Assembly (NCBI GenBank): GCA_965220745.1 | Contig: CBDCQT010000013.1 | Span: 32,001 to 96,000, forward strand | Origin: Alphaproteobacteria bacterium | GTDB lineage: Bacteria; Pseudomonadota; Alphaproteobacteria; UBA828 | Length of the DNA: 64,000 nt | Reading direction: 5' to 3' | Part shown: piece by piece, positions 1-11,571 of the stretch | Numbering within the stretch: the stretch's first letter is position 1 | How the letters are laid out: each line of letters starts with the position of its first letter | Program-made: the position numbers and the translations under genes | The notes under the pieces: generated by a model | Databases searched by the model: none | What the model was told of the DNA's origin: nothing | The model's input: only the letters and a program-made list of their open reading frames with translations

Positions 1-1876
1 CCGGCAGGGTATCGGGCCGGTAGTAGCAGACGCGCCCGACCTCATCGAGGCCGATACGCTCCGCTCCGCTCGCCCTGTCCACCACGACCCCGCCCTGGAT
101 GTCCAGGTTCTCCGCCTCCTCCTGGAGCATGACCGCCGCCGCGCGCAGGATCTGCTGCCTGAGCGCGCGGCCCGCCTGGGCCACCGCCTCGCCGCCGATG
201 CCGGCCGCGCGCGAGGCCCATGTGCCGCCGCCATAGGGCGTGTGCTCCGTGTCGCCGGTGACGATCTTGAGCCGTTCCGGAGGTACGCCGACGGCCGTCG
301 CCGCGACCTGCGAGATCACCGCCTCCATGCCCTGGCCCTGCTCGGTCGCGCCGGTCGCGACGAACACGTTGCCCTTGGCGTCGAGGCGCATCGTCGCCCC
401 GTCCTGGGCGGATATGCGCGCGCCGCCCACGCCGTAGAACATCGCCGACGGGTTGGTGACCTCGATGAAGCTGGCGAGGCCGATGCCGCGATAGACCCTC
501 TCGGCGCGGAGCGCGTCGCGCTCCGCCTTCAGGGCGTCATAGTCCATGGCGTCCAGGAGCTTCGCGAGGCTCTCCTGGTGCGAGAGGTTCTCGAACGGGA
601 GCCCCTGCGCCGACCGGCAGGGGTAGGAATCGTCCGCGCGCAGGTTCCTGCGGCGAATCTCGGCCGGATCCAGGCCGGTGGCACGCGCCGCCGCATCCAC
701 CAGCCCCTCGGTCACCGCGCATTTGACCGGATGGCCGACCGCGCGGTACTGGCACATCATGTTCTTGTTCTGGAAGACGACGGTCGCCTGCGCCCGGTAG
801 TGGTCGAAGGCATAGGGGCCGCCCGTCAGGTTCACGATCTGGTTCGACTCGATGCCGCTCGTGCGCGGATACATGGAATAGGGGCCGATCCCGCTGAGCG
901 CGTCGATCTCGAACGCGAGAATGGTGCCGTCGTCCTTGACGGCGACCTTGCCCAGGACCCGCTGGTCGCGCGCATGGATGTCGGACAGGAAGCTCTCCAG
1001 CCTGTCCGCCACGAACTTGACCGGCCGCTTGAGCAGGAGCGAGAGCCCCACGGTCGCGAGCTCGTCCGCATAGGTGTGGACCTTGATCCCGAACGAGCCG
1101 CCGACATCGCGCGCGATCACGCGGACCCGGTGTTCGTCCAGGCGGAAATGGGTCGCGAGGATGTTCTGGACCATGTGCGGGCACTGGTTGTTGTGCCACA
1201 CGGTGAGCTGACCTTCTCCCGGATTCCAGTCCGCGAGGATGGCGCGCGGCTCGACGCACACCCCTGTGTGCCGGGCAAAGACATAGGTTTCCTCGACGAT
1301 GTGGTCGGCCTCCGCATAGGCGGCCTCGATATCGCCGAAATCCGCATTGCGCCGCCAGGCGAGGTTGTCGCCGAGGCTCCCGTGGATGACGGTCGTGGCG
1401 GGGTCGAGCGCGGTCTCGGCGTCGGTGACGGCCGGCAGCACCTCCCAGTCGATCTTCACGAGCCCCGCCGCATCCTCGGCCCTGGCGCGACTCTTGGCGA
1501 CCACTGCAACCACCGCCTCGCCCTGCCAGGTCGCCGTCTCCAGCGGCAGCGCATATTGCGGCGCGGACTTGAGGCCCTGGAGATGCGACAGCACGCCGAC
1601 CCAGGGGTCGTGGATCTCCGCGAGCTCGCGTCCGGTCACCACCGCGATTACCCCAGGCGCCGCCCTGGCCGCCTCCGCGTCGATGGATCCGATCCGGGCA
1701 TGGGCGTGGGGCGAGCGCACGAAGGCCGCGTGCCCCGTCCGCCCGCCGGTTTCGATATCGTCGACGAAGGCGCCGCGCCCTTCCGCGAGGCGGGGCGCAT
1801 TGGGGCGCGGAACGGACCGGCCGATATAGGAGTTCGGGCGGTCGAGCAGCCAGCGGTCCGCGATGAGATCGGTCAT
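1..1876 (-). CDS. Xanthine dehydrogenase/CoxL-like molybdopterin-binding large subunit (C-terminal part runs off the window)
   Basis: Manual translation starts MTDLIADRWLLDRPNSYIGRSVPR; contains GGSFG, QYRAVGHP and GQG motifs; ATG overlaps the stop of the 2Fe-2S subunit (ATGA). Confidence 0.9.
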   Translation of the reverse strand, partial: MTDLIADRWLLDRPNSYIGRSVPRPNAPRLAEGRGAFVDDIETGGRTGHAAFVRSPHAHARIGSIDAEAARAAPGVIAVVTGRELAEIHDPWVGVLSHLQGLKSAPQYALPLETATWQGEAVVAVVAKSRARAEDAAGLVKIDWEVLPAVTDAETALDPATTVIHGSLGDNLAWRRNADFGDIEAAYAEADHIVEETYVFARHTGVCVEPRAILADWNPGEGQLTVWHNNQCPHMVQNILATHFRLDEHRVRVIARDVGGSFGIKVHTYADELATVGLSLLLKRPVKFVADRLESFLSDIHARDQRVLGKVAVKDDGTILAFEIDALSGIGPYSMYPRTSGIESNQIVNLTGGPYAFDHYRAQATVVFQNKNMMCQYRAVGHPVKCAVTEGLVDAAARATGLDPAEIRRRNLRADDSYPCRSAQGLPFENLSHQESLAKLLDAMDYDALKAERDALRAERVYRGIGLASFIEVTNPSAMFYGVGGARISAQDGATMRLDAKGNVFVATGATEQGQGMEAVISQVAATAVGVPPERLKIVTGDTEHTPYGGGTWASRAAGIGGEAVAQAGRALRQQILRAAAVMLQEEAENLDIQGGVVVDRASGAERIGLDEVGRVCYYRPDTLP

Positions 1877-2355
1877 GACGGGCCTCCCTCGCGCTGGCGC
1901 GCCATCTCGAACGCATCCACGATCGCCTCATAGCCCGTGCACCGGCAATAATTGCCGGAGATGAATTCGCGAATCTCCTGCCGGCTCGCGCCCGGATTGC
2001 GCTCCCTTAGCTCGGCGCAGGTCAGCAGCATGCCGGGGGTGCAGTAGCCGCACTGGAGCGCGTTGCGCTCGACGAATGCCTCCTGGAGGTCGCGGATCTC
2101 GCCGGTGTCGCTCAACCCCTCGATGGTCCAGACATCGGCGCCGTCCGCCTGCGCGGCCAGCATGAGGCAGCCGCGCACGATGCGCCCGTCCACCCGCACG
2201 GTGCAGGCGCCGCACACGCCGTGCTCGCAGCCGACATGGCTGCCGGTGAGGCCGAGCTCCTCGCGCAGGAAGTCCACCAGGTTCATCCGCGCCTCGATCC
2301 GGCGGCTCGCCCGCTCGCCGTTGACCCGCAGGCCGATTTCGACAGTGCTGTCCAT
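1873..2355 (-). CDS. (2Fe-2S)-binding small subunit, CoxS/XdhC family
   Basis: GCEHGVCGAC, QCGYCTPG and NYCRCTGY motifs. Confidence 0.95.
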   Translation of the reverse strand: MDSTVEIGLRVNGERASRRIEARMNLVDFLREELGLTGSHVGCEHGVCGACTVRVDGRIVRGCLMLAAQADGADVWTIEGLSDTGEIRDLQEAFVERNALQCGYCTPGMLLTCAELRERNPGASRQEIREFISGNYCRCTGYEAIVDAFEMARQREGGPS

Positions 2356-2367
2356 CGTTCCCCTCCC

Positions 2368-3222
2368 TCAGGCCGCCAGCGGGGCTAGAACCCGCCGGGC
2401 GAGGACCCCGGCGAGGTGCCGGCGCATCGCCGCATCCGCATTCAGGTCCTCCAACGGGTCGAGCTCCTCCTTGAGCGCATCGGCGAGCCGGTCGCCGAGG
2501 GCGTCCGACCAGCTCTCGCCTTCGAGCAGGGCCGCGCTCCGCACGGCGGAGACGGACCGCTCGCCCACCCCGAAGAAGACGAGGCTGCCCTGGCCGAACC
2601 TGCCGTCCTGCACCTCGACATGGGCGGCGAGTCCGATCATCGCGTAGTCGCCGTGCCGCCGCGCCAGCTCCATGAAGCCCGACCTCCAGCCCGCTCCGAT
2701 GCCCGGCACGTCGATTGCGGTCAGCACCTCGCCCGGCTCGAGGGCAGTCTCGTAGAGGCCCCGGAAGAACGCGTCCGCAGCCACGGTTCGGGTGCCGCCC
2801 TTGCCCGCAATCGTCATGCGTGCGCCGAGGGCAACCGCGCAGGCCGGGAGCTCGGCCGCCGGGTCGGCCAACGCGATGGAGCCGCCGAACGTGCCGCAAT
2901 TGCGCACCGCCGGATGGGCGATGTGCGGCATGGCGCTGGCGATGAGCGGCGCCTGGGAGGCGACGAGGTCCGAGGCTTCCACCTCCGCATGGCGGGTCAT
3001 GGCTCCGATCCGAAGCCCATCGTCGGTTTCCTCGATGCCCGCAAGGCCCGGCACGCGGCCGATATCGACCAGCACCTCCGGCGCGGAGAGCCGCATGTTG
3101 AGGGTGGCCATCAGGCTCTGGCCGCCTGCGAGAACTCTCGCGTCCTCCCCGTGCTCGTCCAGCAAGGCGATGGCATCTTCGAGTTTTTCCGGCCTGACAT
3201 AGGCGAATGGGGCAGGTTTCAT
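2368..3222 (-). CDS. FAD-binding medium subunit, CoxM family
   Basis: MKPAPFAY start, AGGQSL, RNCGTFGGS and ADPAAE motifs. Confidence 0.95.
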   Translation of the reverse strand: MKPAPFAYVRPEKLEDAIALLDEHGEDARVLAGGQSLMATLNMRLSAPEVLVDIGRVPGLAGIEETDDGLRIGAMTRHAEVEASDLVASQAPLIASAMPHIAHPAVRNCGTFGGSIALADPAAELPACAVALGARMTIAGKGGTRTVAADAFFRGLYETALEPGEVLTAIDVPGIGAGWRSGFMELARRHGDYAMIGLAAHVEVQDGRFGQGSLVFFGVGERSVSAVRSAALLEGESWSDALGDRLADALKEELDPLEDLNADAAMRRHLAGVLARRVLAPLAA

Positions 3223-3386
3223 GAGCGCGTTCCCCCGCTATTGCGCCGGATGAGCATCATCGGGATGTCGTTCGGCTCCACCGTATAGGGGATGGATGCG
3301 AGCGTACCGTGTTTGGTCCGGATGTCGAAGGGCCGGTCCCCCGTCGGGCAGTCGGCGGCATATTCGATGCCCGCCTCGGCAGTCAT
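3219..3386 (-). pseudogene. 55-codon internal fragment of a polysaccharide deacetylase/PuuE-like gene
   Basis: Translates MTAEAGIEYAADCPTGDRPFDIRTKHGTLASIPYTVEPNDIPMMLIRRNSGGTRS, resembling the family pattern AEAGxxY..D...DxP....(IV)PY..exND; stop overlaps the coxM-like ATG. Confidence 0.6.
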
Positions 3387-3414
3387 TACGACCTGATATT
3401 CGGGTGTGTGCGCT

Positions 3415-4344
3415 CTACGCGCCCCTGAGCCGCGGATCGAGCGCGTCGCGCAGGCCGTCGCCGATGTAGTTGACGCTCAGCACCGTGAGCGAGATCGCCA
3501 GTCCGGGCCAGAGTACACGCTCCGGCGTGACGGAAATGAAGTTGGCGCCGTCGAAGAGTAGCCGGCCCCAAGTCGGGAAGTCCGGCGGAAAGCCGAGTCC
3601 TAAGAACGAGAGCGCCGATTCCGTGATGATCGCGTTGGCGATGCCCAATGTCGCCGAGACCATGATCGGGCTCAGCACGTTGGGCAGGATGTGGCGGGTG
3701 ATGATGCGCCGCCGGCGCGTCCCGATGCTGCGCGCCGCGGTCACGAACTCGCGCTCCCGGAGCGCCAGCACGTCGCCCCGGACGATGCGCGCGGTCTGCA
3801 TCCAGCTCGTGATGCCGATGATGAACACCACCAGCAGGAAGATCCCGGTCTCCGGGCCGAAGGCGGCGCGCAGGCTGTCGCGGAACAGCATGATCACCAC
3901 CAGCAGCAGCGGCAGAAGCGGCAGCGCCAGGAACATGTCGGTGAGCCGCATCAGGAGGCCGTCGATCTGCCTGAAGTAGCCCGCGAGCACGCCCACCAGG
4001 GTGCCGAGCACCAGCGCGATCATCATGGCGGTGAAGCCGACGGCCAGCGAGATGCGCCCGCCCGCCAGCACCTGGGCCAGCGTGTCGCGGCCGAGGTTGT
4101 CGGTCCCCATCGGGTGCTTGAGGGAGGGGCCCTCGTTCTTTGCCAGGATGTCGAGATAGTGCGGGTCCACGGTGTGGATCAGCGGGCCGAGGGCGACCGC
4201 GAGCGCGATGGCGAGAAAGACTCCCGCGCCCACCAGCGCGCCCGTGTGGTTGCGGAAGGCGAGCCACACGTCCATCCAGAGCGACCGGTGTCGTTGCAAC
4301 CCGCGTGGGGGGGCGGTGAGGTCGGAAGATTGCGCAGCCGGCAT
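3415..4344 (-). CDS. Peptide/nickel ABC transporter permease (DppC/OppC family)
   Basis: HPMGTDNLGRD, EFVTAARSIG, ESALSFLGLG and PTWG motifs. Confidence 0.93.
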   Translation of the reverse strand: MPAAQSSDLTAPPRGLQRHRSLWMDVWLAFRNHTGALVGAGVFLAIALAVALGPLIHTVDPHYLDILAKNEGPSLKHPMGTDNLGRDTLAQVLAGGRISLAVGFTAMMIALVLGTLVGVLAGYFRQIDGLLMRLTDMFLALPLLPLLLVVIMLFRDSLRAAFGPETGIFLLVVFIIGITSWMQTARIVRGDVLALREREFVTAARSIGTRRRRIITRHILPNVLSPIMVSATLGIANAIITESALSFLGLGFPPDFPTWGRLLFDGANFISVTPERVLWPGLAISLTVLSVNYIGDGLRDALDPRLRGA

Positions 4345-4347
4345 CGT

Positions 4348-5361
4348 TCAGCCGTAGCGGATGCGCGGATCGAGGATGCCGTAGAGCACATCCGCGATCA
4401 GGTTGAAGATCACGATCAGCACCGCGAACAGGAAGGAGAGCGTCTGCACCAGGGGAATGTCAGCGCCCTGGATCGCGGTGATCAGCAGCTCGCCGATGCC
4501 GTTCACTCGAAAGATCTTCTCCGTGATGATGGCGCCGCCGAAGACGGTGGGGATGCCGAGCGCGATCAGCGTCACCACCGGGATCAGGCTGTTGCGCAGC
4601 ACGTGGATGAACAGAACGATCCGCTCGCGCAGGCCCTTGGCGCGGGCCGTGCGCACGTAGTCCTGCGTCAGGTTGTCCAGCACGGCGGCGCGCATGAAGC
4701 GGCTGATCTGGGCTGCGTTGAAGAGCGCGAGCACCATCACCGGCATTGCCATCTGCTTGATCTGCACCCAGAAGCTCGAGAGATCGGTCACCCGGTGCGT
4801 GGTGTCGTAGATCGACGGCAGCCATTGCAGGCTGACGCTGAATACGATGATCGCGAGCAGCCCGGTGAAGAACGTCGGCACCGAGAAGCCGATCATGGAG
4901 ACGAAGGTGCCCAGCTGGTCGAACCACGAATACTGCCGGTAGGCCGAGACGATGCCGATCGGGATCGCGATCAGGATGCCGATCAGGTAGGAGAGCCCGA
5001 CCACCCAGAGCGTCTGCGGCAGGCGCTCGATGATGAGGTCCACGACCGGGCTGCGTGTCGCCCACGAGCGCACCCGCAGGCGCTCCTCGGAAGCGCCGAT
5101 CTCCACGCCGAACGCCCGCTCGATGAGGTTGAGCGGCTCGTTGACGAAGAACTGCTCCATCCACTTGGCGTAGCGGATGTGGAAGGCTTCCCCGAGCCCG
5201 AGCGACTCGCGGATCTGCTCGCGCGCTTCCGCCGGGATGGTGAGCGGGAGCTGGCCGGTGGGGTCATTGGGCGCGAGGTCGAGGAGGGCGAAGAGGATGA
5301 AGCTGATTGCGATCAGCGTCGGCACTGCGAAGAGCAGGCGGCGAATGATGTAGTGGGTCAT
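4348..5361 (-). CDS. Peptide/nickel ABC transporter permease (DppB/OppB family)
   Basis: YIIRRLL start, DYVRTARAKGL, HVLRNSLIP and DPRIR end. Confidence 0.93.
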   Translation of the reverse strand: MTHYIIRRLLFAVPTLIAISFILFALLDLAPNDPTGQLPLTIPAEAREQIRESLGLGEAFHIRYAKWMEQFFVNEPLNLIERAFGVEIGASEERLRVRSWATRSPVVDLIIERLPQTLWVVGLSYLIGILIAIPIGIVSAYRQYSWFDQLGTFVSMIGFSVPTFFTGLLAIIVFSVSLQWLPSIYDTTHRVTDLSSFWVQIKQMAMPVMVLALFNAAQISRFMRAAVLDNLTQDYVRTARAKGLRERIVLFIHVLRNSLIPVVTLIALGIPTVFGGAIITEKIFRVNGIGELLITAIQGADIPLVQTLSFLFAVLIVIFNLIADVLYGILDPRIRYG

Positions 5362-5467
5362 TGCCCGCGCCGTTCACCCTGATTCACTGAGGCGGCGCGC
5401 GGTCGATTGCCGCGCACCGCCTACCAACTCGACGGCCTTGGGCCGTTGGATCGGCCGGCTGACCGCG

Positions 5468-7180
5468 TCAGCGATGCCAGTCCGCGATGTTCCACAGCTC
5501 CGAGTCCCAGGGGTTCACGCGTACGCCCTGCAGCGTGTTCGCATGCGCCGAGACCCTCGCCCGCCAGATCAGCGGGATCACGTACTGGTTCTGGACGATG
5601 ATGTCGTTCATCCGCTTGCCGATGGCGGCGCGTTCGTCCAGCGATGCCGTCACGGCCATCTCCGCAGCAAGGGCGTCGTACTCCGCATTGCAGGCGCGCG
5701 CGATGTTGCCGCCGAGCCACTGGTTCTCGGGCCCTGGGATTTCCGAGCATCGCCAGTTGGCCATGTAGGCTTCGGGATCCACGCCGTCGAAGTTGTTCGT
5801 GTACATCTGAATGTCGGCGTAGAACTTCATGTAGGTGTCGGGGCTGGCCGGGTCGCCGCCGAAGAACACCGCCGCATCGATATTGCGCAGCTCCGTCTCG
5901 ACCCCGATCTGCCCCCACATCTGCTTGATCAGCGCCTGCGTGCCCTGGCGCACGGAGTTGGTGGAGGTCTGGTAGAGGATTGAAAGGCGCACGCCGTCCC
6001 TCTCCCTCACGCCGTCATCGCCCGGCAGCCAGCCGGCCTCATCGAGGATGCGGTTGGCCTCCTCGATATTCTGGGTCATGCAGGCATCGTTGGCGTCCGA
6101 CGCGTAGACCGGCGGCGCGGGCAGGACGTTGCAGGTGACTTGACCGGCTGCGCCGTAGCCGAAATCGACCAGGATCTGGCGGTCGATGGCCAGCGAGAGC
6201 GCGCGCCGCACCGCCGGGTCCGAGAGGAAGGGGTGCGGGTTGGTCCCGTCGAGGTGGAGCGACCGCGTGTCCTTGTCGAGGTCGGGGGAATTGTTGGTCT
6301 GATTGACCACCAGACGCTCCACCATCGTGCCGAAGCCGGCGATCACCTGGCCCTTGCCGTTCGCCACCATCTGCTCCAGCACTTCGGGCTCGATCTGCAG
6401 GTTCCAGGCGTAATCGAACTCGCCGGTGGAGAGCACGGCGCGCGCGGCCGAGGTGGCGTCACCGCCGCCCTTGAAGGTGACGGTGGCGAAGGCGGGCTTG
6501 TCGGGCTCGCGATAGTTCTCGTTGGCCGAGAGGACGATAACGTCGTTGGCGCGGAACTCGTCCACCTTGAAGGGGCCGGTGCCGATGGGTCCGAAATTCT
6601 GCTCCGTGCAGGTCTGCGCCTTGGCGCCGGTGCAGTTCTCGAACTGCGCCTTCTGCAGAATGGGCGAGGTGGAGCCGACGAACGGCCCGTAGGGGAAGGG
6701 CTTCGCCACGCCGAAGTTGATGCGCACGGTGAGGTCGTCCAGCGCCTCCACCTTGGTGACATCGGTGAAGCTGGAGAGTGGGTTGCAGCCCATCTCCTCG
6801 TTCAGGCAGTACGCGGCGGAGAACACCACGTCGGCGGCGGTGAACGGCGTGCCGTCGGACCACACGATATCCTGCCTGAGCGGCCAGGTGATGGACATCA
6901 GGTCGGCCGCCACGCCGCCGTTCTCCACGGTCGGAATGTCGGCGGCAAGCGCCGGGATCATGGTTCCCGTCTCGTCGTAGCGGGCCAGCGGCTCCAGCAC
7001 CAGCGATGCCGCCTCGATGTCCTTGGTGCCGCCGGAGAGGTACGGATTGACGGTCGAGACCGCCTGCCAATAGAGGATTTTCAGTTGGCCGTCGCGTCCG
7101 CGCTCGGCAAGGGCCGAGGTGGAGAGCATCGCTACCGCGAGCGCCGCGATCGTCAAGCTGAACAGGGGTTTTTTGAGCAT
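5468..7180 (-). CDS. Peptide ABC transporter substrate-binding protein (family 5)
   Basis: Signal peptide MLKKPLFSLTIAALAVAMLSTSALA; WSDGTPFTAADVVFS and GTGPF motifs. Confidence 0.92.
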   Translation of the reverse strand: MLKKPLFSLTIAALAVAMLSTSALAERGRDGQLKILYWQAVSTVNPYLSGGTKDIEAASLVLEPLARYDETGTMIPALAADIPTVENGGVAADLMSITWPLRQDIVWSDGTPFTAADVVFSAAYCLNEEMGCNPLSSFTDVTKVEALDDLTVRINFGVAKPFPYGPFVGSTSPILQKAQFENCTGAKAQTCTEQNFGPIGTGPFKVDEFRANDVIVLSANENYREPDKPAFATVTFKGGGDATSAARAVLSTGEFDYAWNLQIEPEVLEQMVANGKGQVIAGFGTMVERLVVNQTNNSPDLDKDTRSLHLDGTNPHPFLSDPAVRRALSLAIDRQILVDFGYGAAGQVTCNVLPAPPVYASDANDACMTQNIEEANRILDEAGWLPGDDGVRERDGVRLSILYQTSTNSVRQGTQALIKQMWGQIGVETELRNIDAAVFFGGDPASPDTYMKFYADIQMYTNNFDGVDPEAYMANWRCSEIPGPENQWLGGNIARACNAEYDALAAEMAVTASLDERAAIGKRMNDIIVQNQYVIPLIWRARVSAHANTLQGVRVNPWDSELWNIADWHR

Positions 7181-8216
7181 GTCGCGGGCCTCCAGTTGGG
7201 AGGGGTGGGGCGCGCCTGAGCGCATACCCCGCATCATCTGCCATCATTCCGCCAGGTGACAAGCAACCTGGTGGCCGGGGCGGAGGGTGCGCCACTCCGG
7301 CGCTCTCTCGGAGCATTCCGCCACCGCCACCGGGCAGCGGGTGCTGAAGCGGCAGCCCGGCGGCGGCGCGGCCGGGCTCGGCACGTCGCCCTCCAGGATG
7401 ATGCGCTTCCGCGTGGCCTCGCGCTCGGGATCGTGCGTCGGCACCGCCGAGAGCAACGCACGCGTGTAGGGGTGCAGCGGCTCCTCGTAGAGCGCATCGC
7501 TGGTTGCCAGCTCGACGATCTTGCCGAGGTACATCACCGCCACCCGGTCGGCGACGTGGCGCACCATGCGCAGGTCGTGGGAAATGAAGAGGTAGGTAAG
7601 GCCGAGGCGCTCCTGAAGCTCCTTCAAGAGGTTCACCACCTGCGCCTGGATCGAGACGTCGAGCGCCGCGATCGGCTCGTCGCAGACGACGAACTCGGGG
7701 TTGAGCGCGAGCGCTCTTGCCACGCCGATGCGCTGGCGCTGTCCGCCGGAGAACTCGTGCGGGTAGCGGTTGGCAAACGCCGGGTCGAGGCCCACCGCGT
7801 CCAGTAACGCCTCCACGCGCTCCCTCAGCGCCGCGCCCGCCGCCACCCCGTGCTCGCGCAGCGGCTCGCCGACGATGCTGCCCACGGTCATGCGCGGGTT
7901 CAGGCTGTCCTGCGGGTCCTGGAAGATCATCTGCATGTGCGGGCGGAGCTGCCGCAGCGCCTCGCCCTGGAGCGCCGTGATGTCCTCGCCGCGAAACCTC
8001 ACCCGCCCGGCCGTCGGCGCGTAGAGGCGCAGGATCACCCGGCCGACGGTCGACTTGCCGCAGCCGCTCTCGCCCACCAGGCCCAGCGTCTCGCGCGGAT
8101 GGATCGCGAAGTCGAGACCGTCTACCGCCCGCACGCTGCCCACCTCGCGGCGCAGGACCCCGCGCAGGATCGGGAAGTGCTTGGTCAGGTTCTCGACCGC
8201 GACGAGGGGGCCAGGC

Positions 8217-9233
<1,017 letters not shown>

Positions 9234-9410
9234 CAGCAGGCCCTAAGCTGCGTCCTGGGCGGCGCTCGTCGATGGTCGGTTATCGATCAACCGTCGCGGC
9301 TCCTCGAACCTGCCCTGTCCCGGTGGCTGCGATCCTAACCGCCGCCCGATAGCCCGTGCTAGTCTCCCGCGCCGGATTCGGGCGCGGCGAGGACGGACGG
9401 CGGGGCGGAG

Positions 9411-10610
9411 ATGACGGGGCAGGGCAGGGAGCGGCTGGGCAGGGCCGACATCGTGGTGGTCGGCGCGGGAATCATGGGGGCGAGTATCGCCTTCCAGCTG
9501 ACGCGGCAATCCGGCCGTAAGGTCGTGGTGGTGGACGAGCGGCCACCCGTCGGCGGTATGTCGGGTCGCACCTTCGGGCAGATTCGCCAGCACTACTCCA
9601 ACGCGCTGATGGTCGAGATGGCGATCCGCGGTTTCGACGTGCTGAACAACTGGCAGGCTGAGGTCGGCGTCGGCGACCCCGGCTACGTCAGGCTCGGCTA
9701 CATGCTGCTGGTGGTCGAAGCGCAGGTGGAGGCCTGCCGGCGCAACGTCGAGCTCGGCCGCCAGCTCGGAGTCGATACCCGCTTCGCCAGCCCCGACGAG
9801 ATCAAGGCGCTGGAGCCCGCGCTCGTCACCGACGATCTCGCCGGCGGCGCCTGGGAGCCCAACGGCGGCTACATCGACGTGACCCGCATGGTGCTGAGCT
9901 GGCTCGGCGCAGCCCAGGCGGCGGGCGCGACGCTCCATTCCGGGCTCCGGGTGGAGCGGATCGCCACTGCAGACGGCCGCGTCGTGGGCGTGGACACCGC
10001 CGGGGGCCGCATCGAGGCGCCAACCGTGATCGCCGCGACCGGCGCGTGGATCACCGATCTGCTCGGGCCGCTCGGCATCGACGCGCCCATCGAGCGCCGC
10101 CGCCTCGACATGGCCTATCTGGAACAACCGCCGGGCCGGCCCACCATTCGCACCTGCATCACCGACGGCAACTCCAACGTCGTCATGCGTCCGGACATGG
10201 GGCCCTACCTGCTCGCGGTCGCCTATCCCAACGAGATGCCCGAGGTCGCCGATCCCACCGCGCCTGCGCCGGCGGAAGACGAGGCCCGCCATCGCACGCG
10301 GCTCGACAAGGCGCTCGCCGAGCGGCTGCCGGACTTCGTCGATGCCAGGGTCGTGCGCACGGTCTCCGGCGCCTACGACATCACGCCGGACTTTCATCCG
10401 ATCCTCGGTTGGGTGCCGGGGCTGGAGGGGCTCTATCTCGCCGCCGGCTTCTCGGGCCACGGGCTCAAGCTCTCGCCGGCGGTGGGCGAGTGCGTGGCCG
10501 CCGCCGTGCTGGGCGCGGACTCGCCCCTCGACATCCGCCCGCTGCGGCCCACGCGCTTTGCCGAGGGCGATCCCATGTACCTCGCCTACGGGCCGTCCGC
10601 GCGCGCCTGA
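9411..10610 (+). CDS. FAD-dependent oxidoreductase, DAO/sarcosine oxidase beta-like
   Basis: VVGAGIMG dinucleotide motif, TPDFHPILG, GFSGHGLK. Confidence 0.88.
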   Translation: MTGQGRERLGRADIVVVGAGIMGASIAFQLTRQSGRKVVVVDERPPVGGMSGRTFGQIRQHYSNALMVEMAIRGFDVLNNWQAEVGVGDPGYVRLGYMLLVVEAQVEACRRNVELGRQLGVDTRFASPDEIKALEPALVTDDLAGGAWEPNGGYIDVTRMVLSWLGAAQAAGATLHSGLRVERIATADGRVVGVDTAGGRIEAPTVIAATGAWITDLLGPLGIDAPIERRRLDMAYLEQPPGRPTIRTCITDGNSNVVMRPDMGPYLLAVAYPNEMPEVADPTAPAPAEDEARHRTRLDKALAERLPDFVDARVVRTVSGAYDITPDFHPILGWVPGLEGLYLAAGFSGHGLKLSPAVGECVAAAVLGADSPLDIRPLRPTRFAEGDPMYLAYGPSARA

Positions 10611-10686
10611 CGGCGATCTATACCGCCCAACTCAGGAATGGAATAATCCCCCCACGCCGCGCGCCGGACCGGACGAGGATCCCGCC

Positions 10687-11553
10687 ATGCCGACCCTGAC
10701 CGATGAGCAGCACCGCCAGTGGGCGGTCGATGGCTACATCCATCTGGAAGGCGCGTTGGCGCCGCAGGAGGTCTCGCTCTACTGCGGGTTGATCGATTCC
10801 CTGCGTCCGCAGGCGGGATGGGAGCCGCAACCGGGCCTGCCGTTCGGCCATTACGCTTGGGTGGAGCGCAACGCGACGGCGGACGATCTCGACTCCTTCA
10901 TGGACCGCCGGGATATCCTGGGCTACGCCGAGCCGTTCCGGGATCTCATCGACCGGCCCAACGTCTTCGACCCGATCCTCGAACTCATGGGCCCCTACAT
11001 CGTGCTCAGCATGTCGCAGGCCATCGTCCGCGCATCCACGACCGAGTTTCCCGGCTTCATCCACACGGACGGCGGGCAGGCGCTCCGGCAGATTCGCGTG
11101 ACCGAGACCAGCAGGCCGCTGGCGGTGAAGGCCCTCTACCTCCTCACCGATGTCGAGGGGACGGACAACGGCAATTTCACGGTCTTCCCCGGCAGCCATC
11201 TGCAGCAGATCCCGTTCGACAGCGACGCCGCCCCGACCCCCCACTCGCCGGGCGCCGTCCAGCTGGGCGGGAAGGCGGGCGATTGCTATCTGTTCAGCCA
11301 CTCGCTGTGGCATGGGCCCGCGCCGAACCGTTCCGGCAAGGGCCGCAAGACGCTGCTCTACAACTACGCGCAGATGTTCGTGAAGCCCTACGACTTCCCC
11401 ACCATCGCCGGCGCCATGGACAAATGCACGCCGCGTCAGCGCCGGCTCCTGGGCGACCTCGGACACGACCCGAGGCTGGGCGACTACTTCTACGTGCCCG
11501 AGGACCAGGAGGACGTCATGCTCCAGCGATCCGGAGCCCGGCAGGCAGCCTGA
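10687..11553 (+). CDS. Phytanoyl-CoA dioxygenase (PhyH) family Fe(II)/2-oxoglutarate oxygenase
   Basis: MPTLTDEQ...DGY start, HTD metal motif, PGSH, AGD..LF...LWH. Confidence 0.85.
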   Translation: MPTLTDEQHRQWAVDGYIHLEGALAPQEVSLYCGLIDSLRPQAGWEPQPGLPFGHYAWVERNATADDLDSFMDRRDILGYAEPFRDLIDRPNVFDPILELMGPYIVLSMSQAIVRASTTEFPGFIHTDGGQALRQIRVTETSRPLAVKALYLLTDVEGTDNGNFTVFPGSHLQQIPFDSDAAPTPHSPGAVQLGGKAGDCYLFSHSLWHGPAPNRSGKGRKTLLYNYAQMFVKPYDFPTIAGAMDKCTPRQRRLLGDLGHDPRLGDYFYVPEDQEDVMLQRSGARQAA

Positions 11554-11571
11554 TCGGACCGGGCTCGCGCC

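Noticed and set aside
242-1933. Long plus-strand ORF (563 aa) and many similar long antisense ORFs across the window
   Set aside because: Shadow ORFs of high-GC coding sequence; the opposite strand carries the recognisable family motifs
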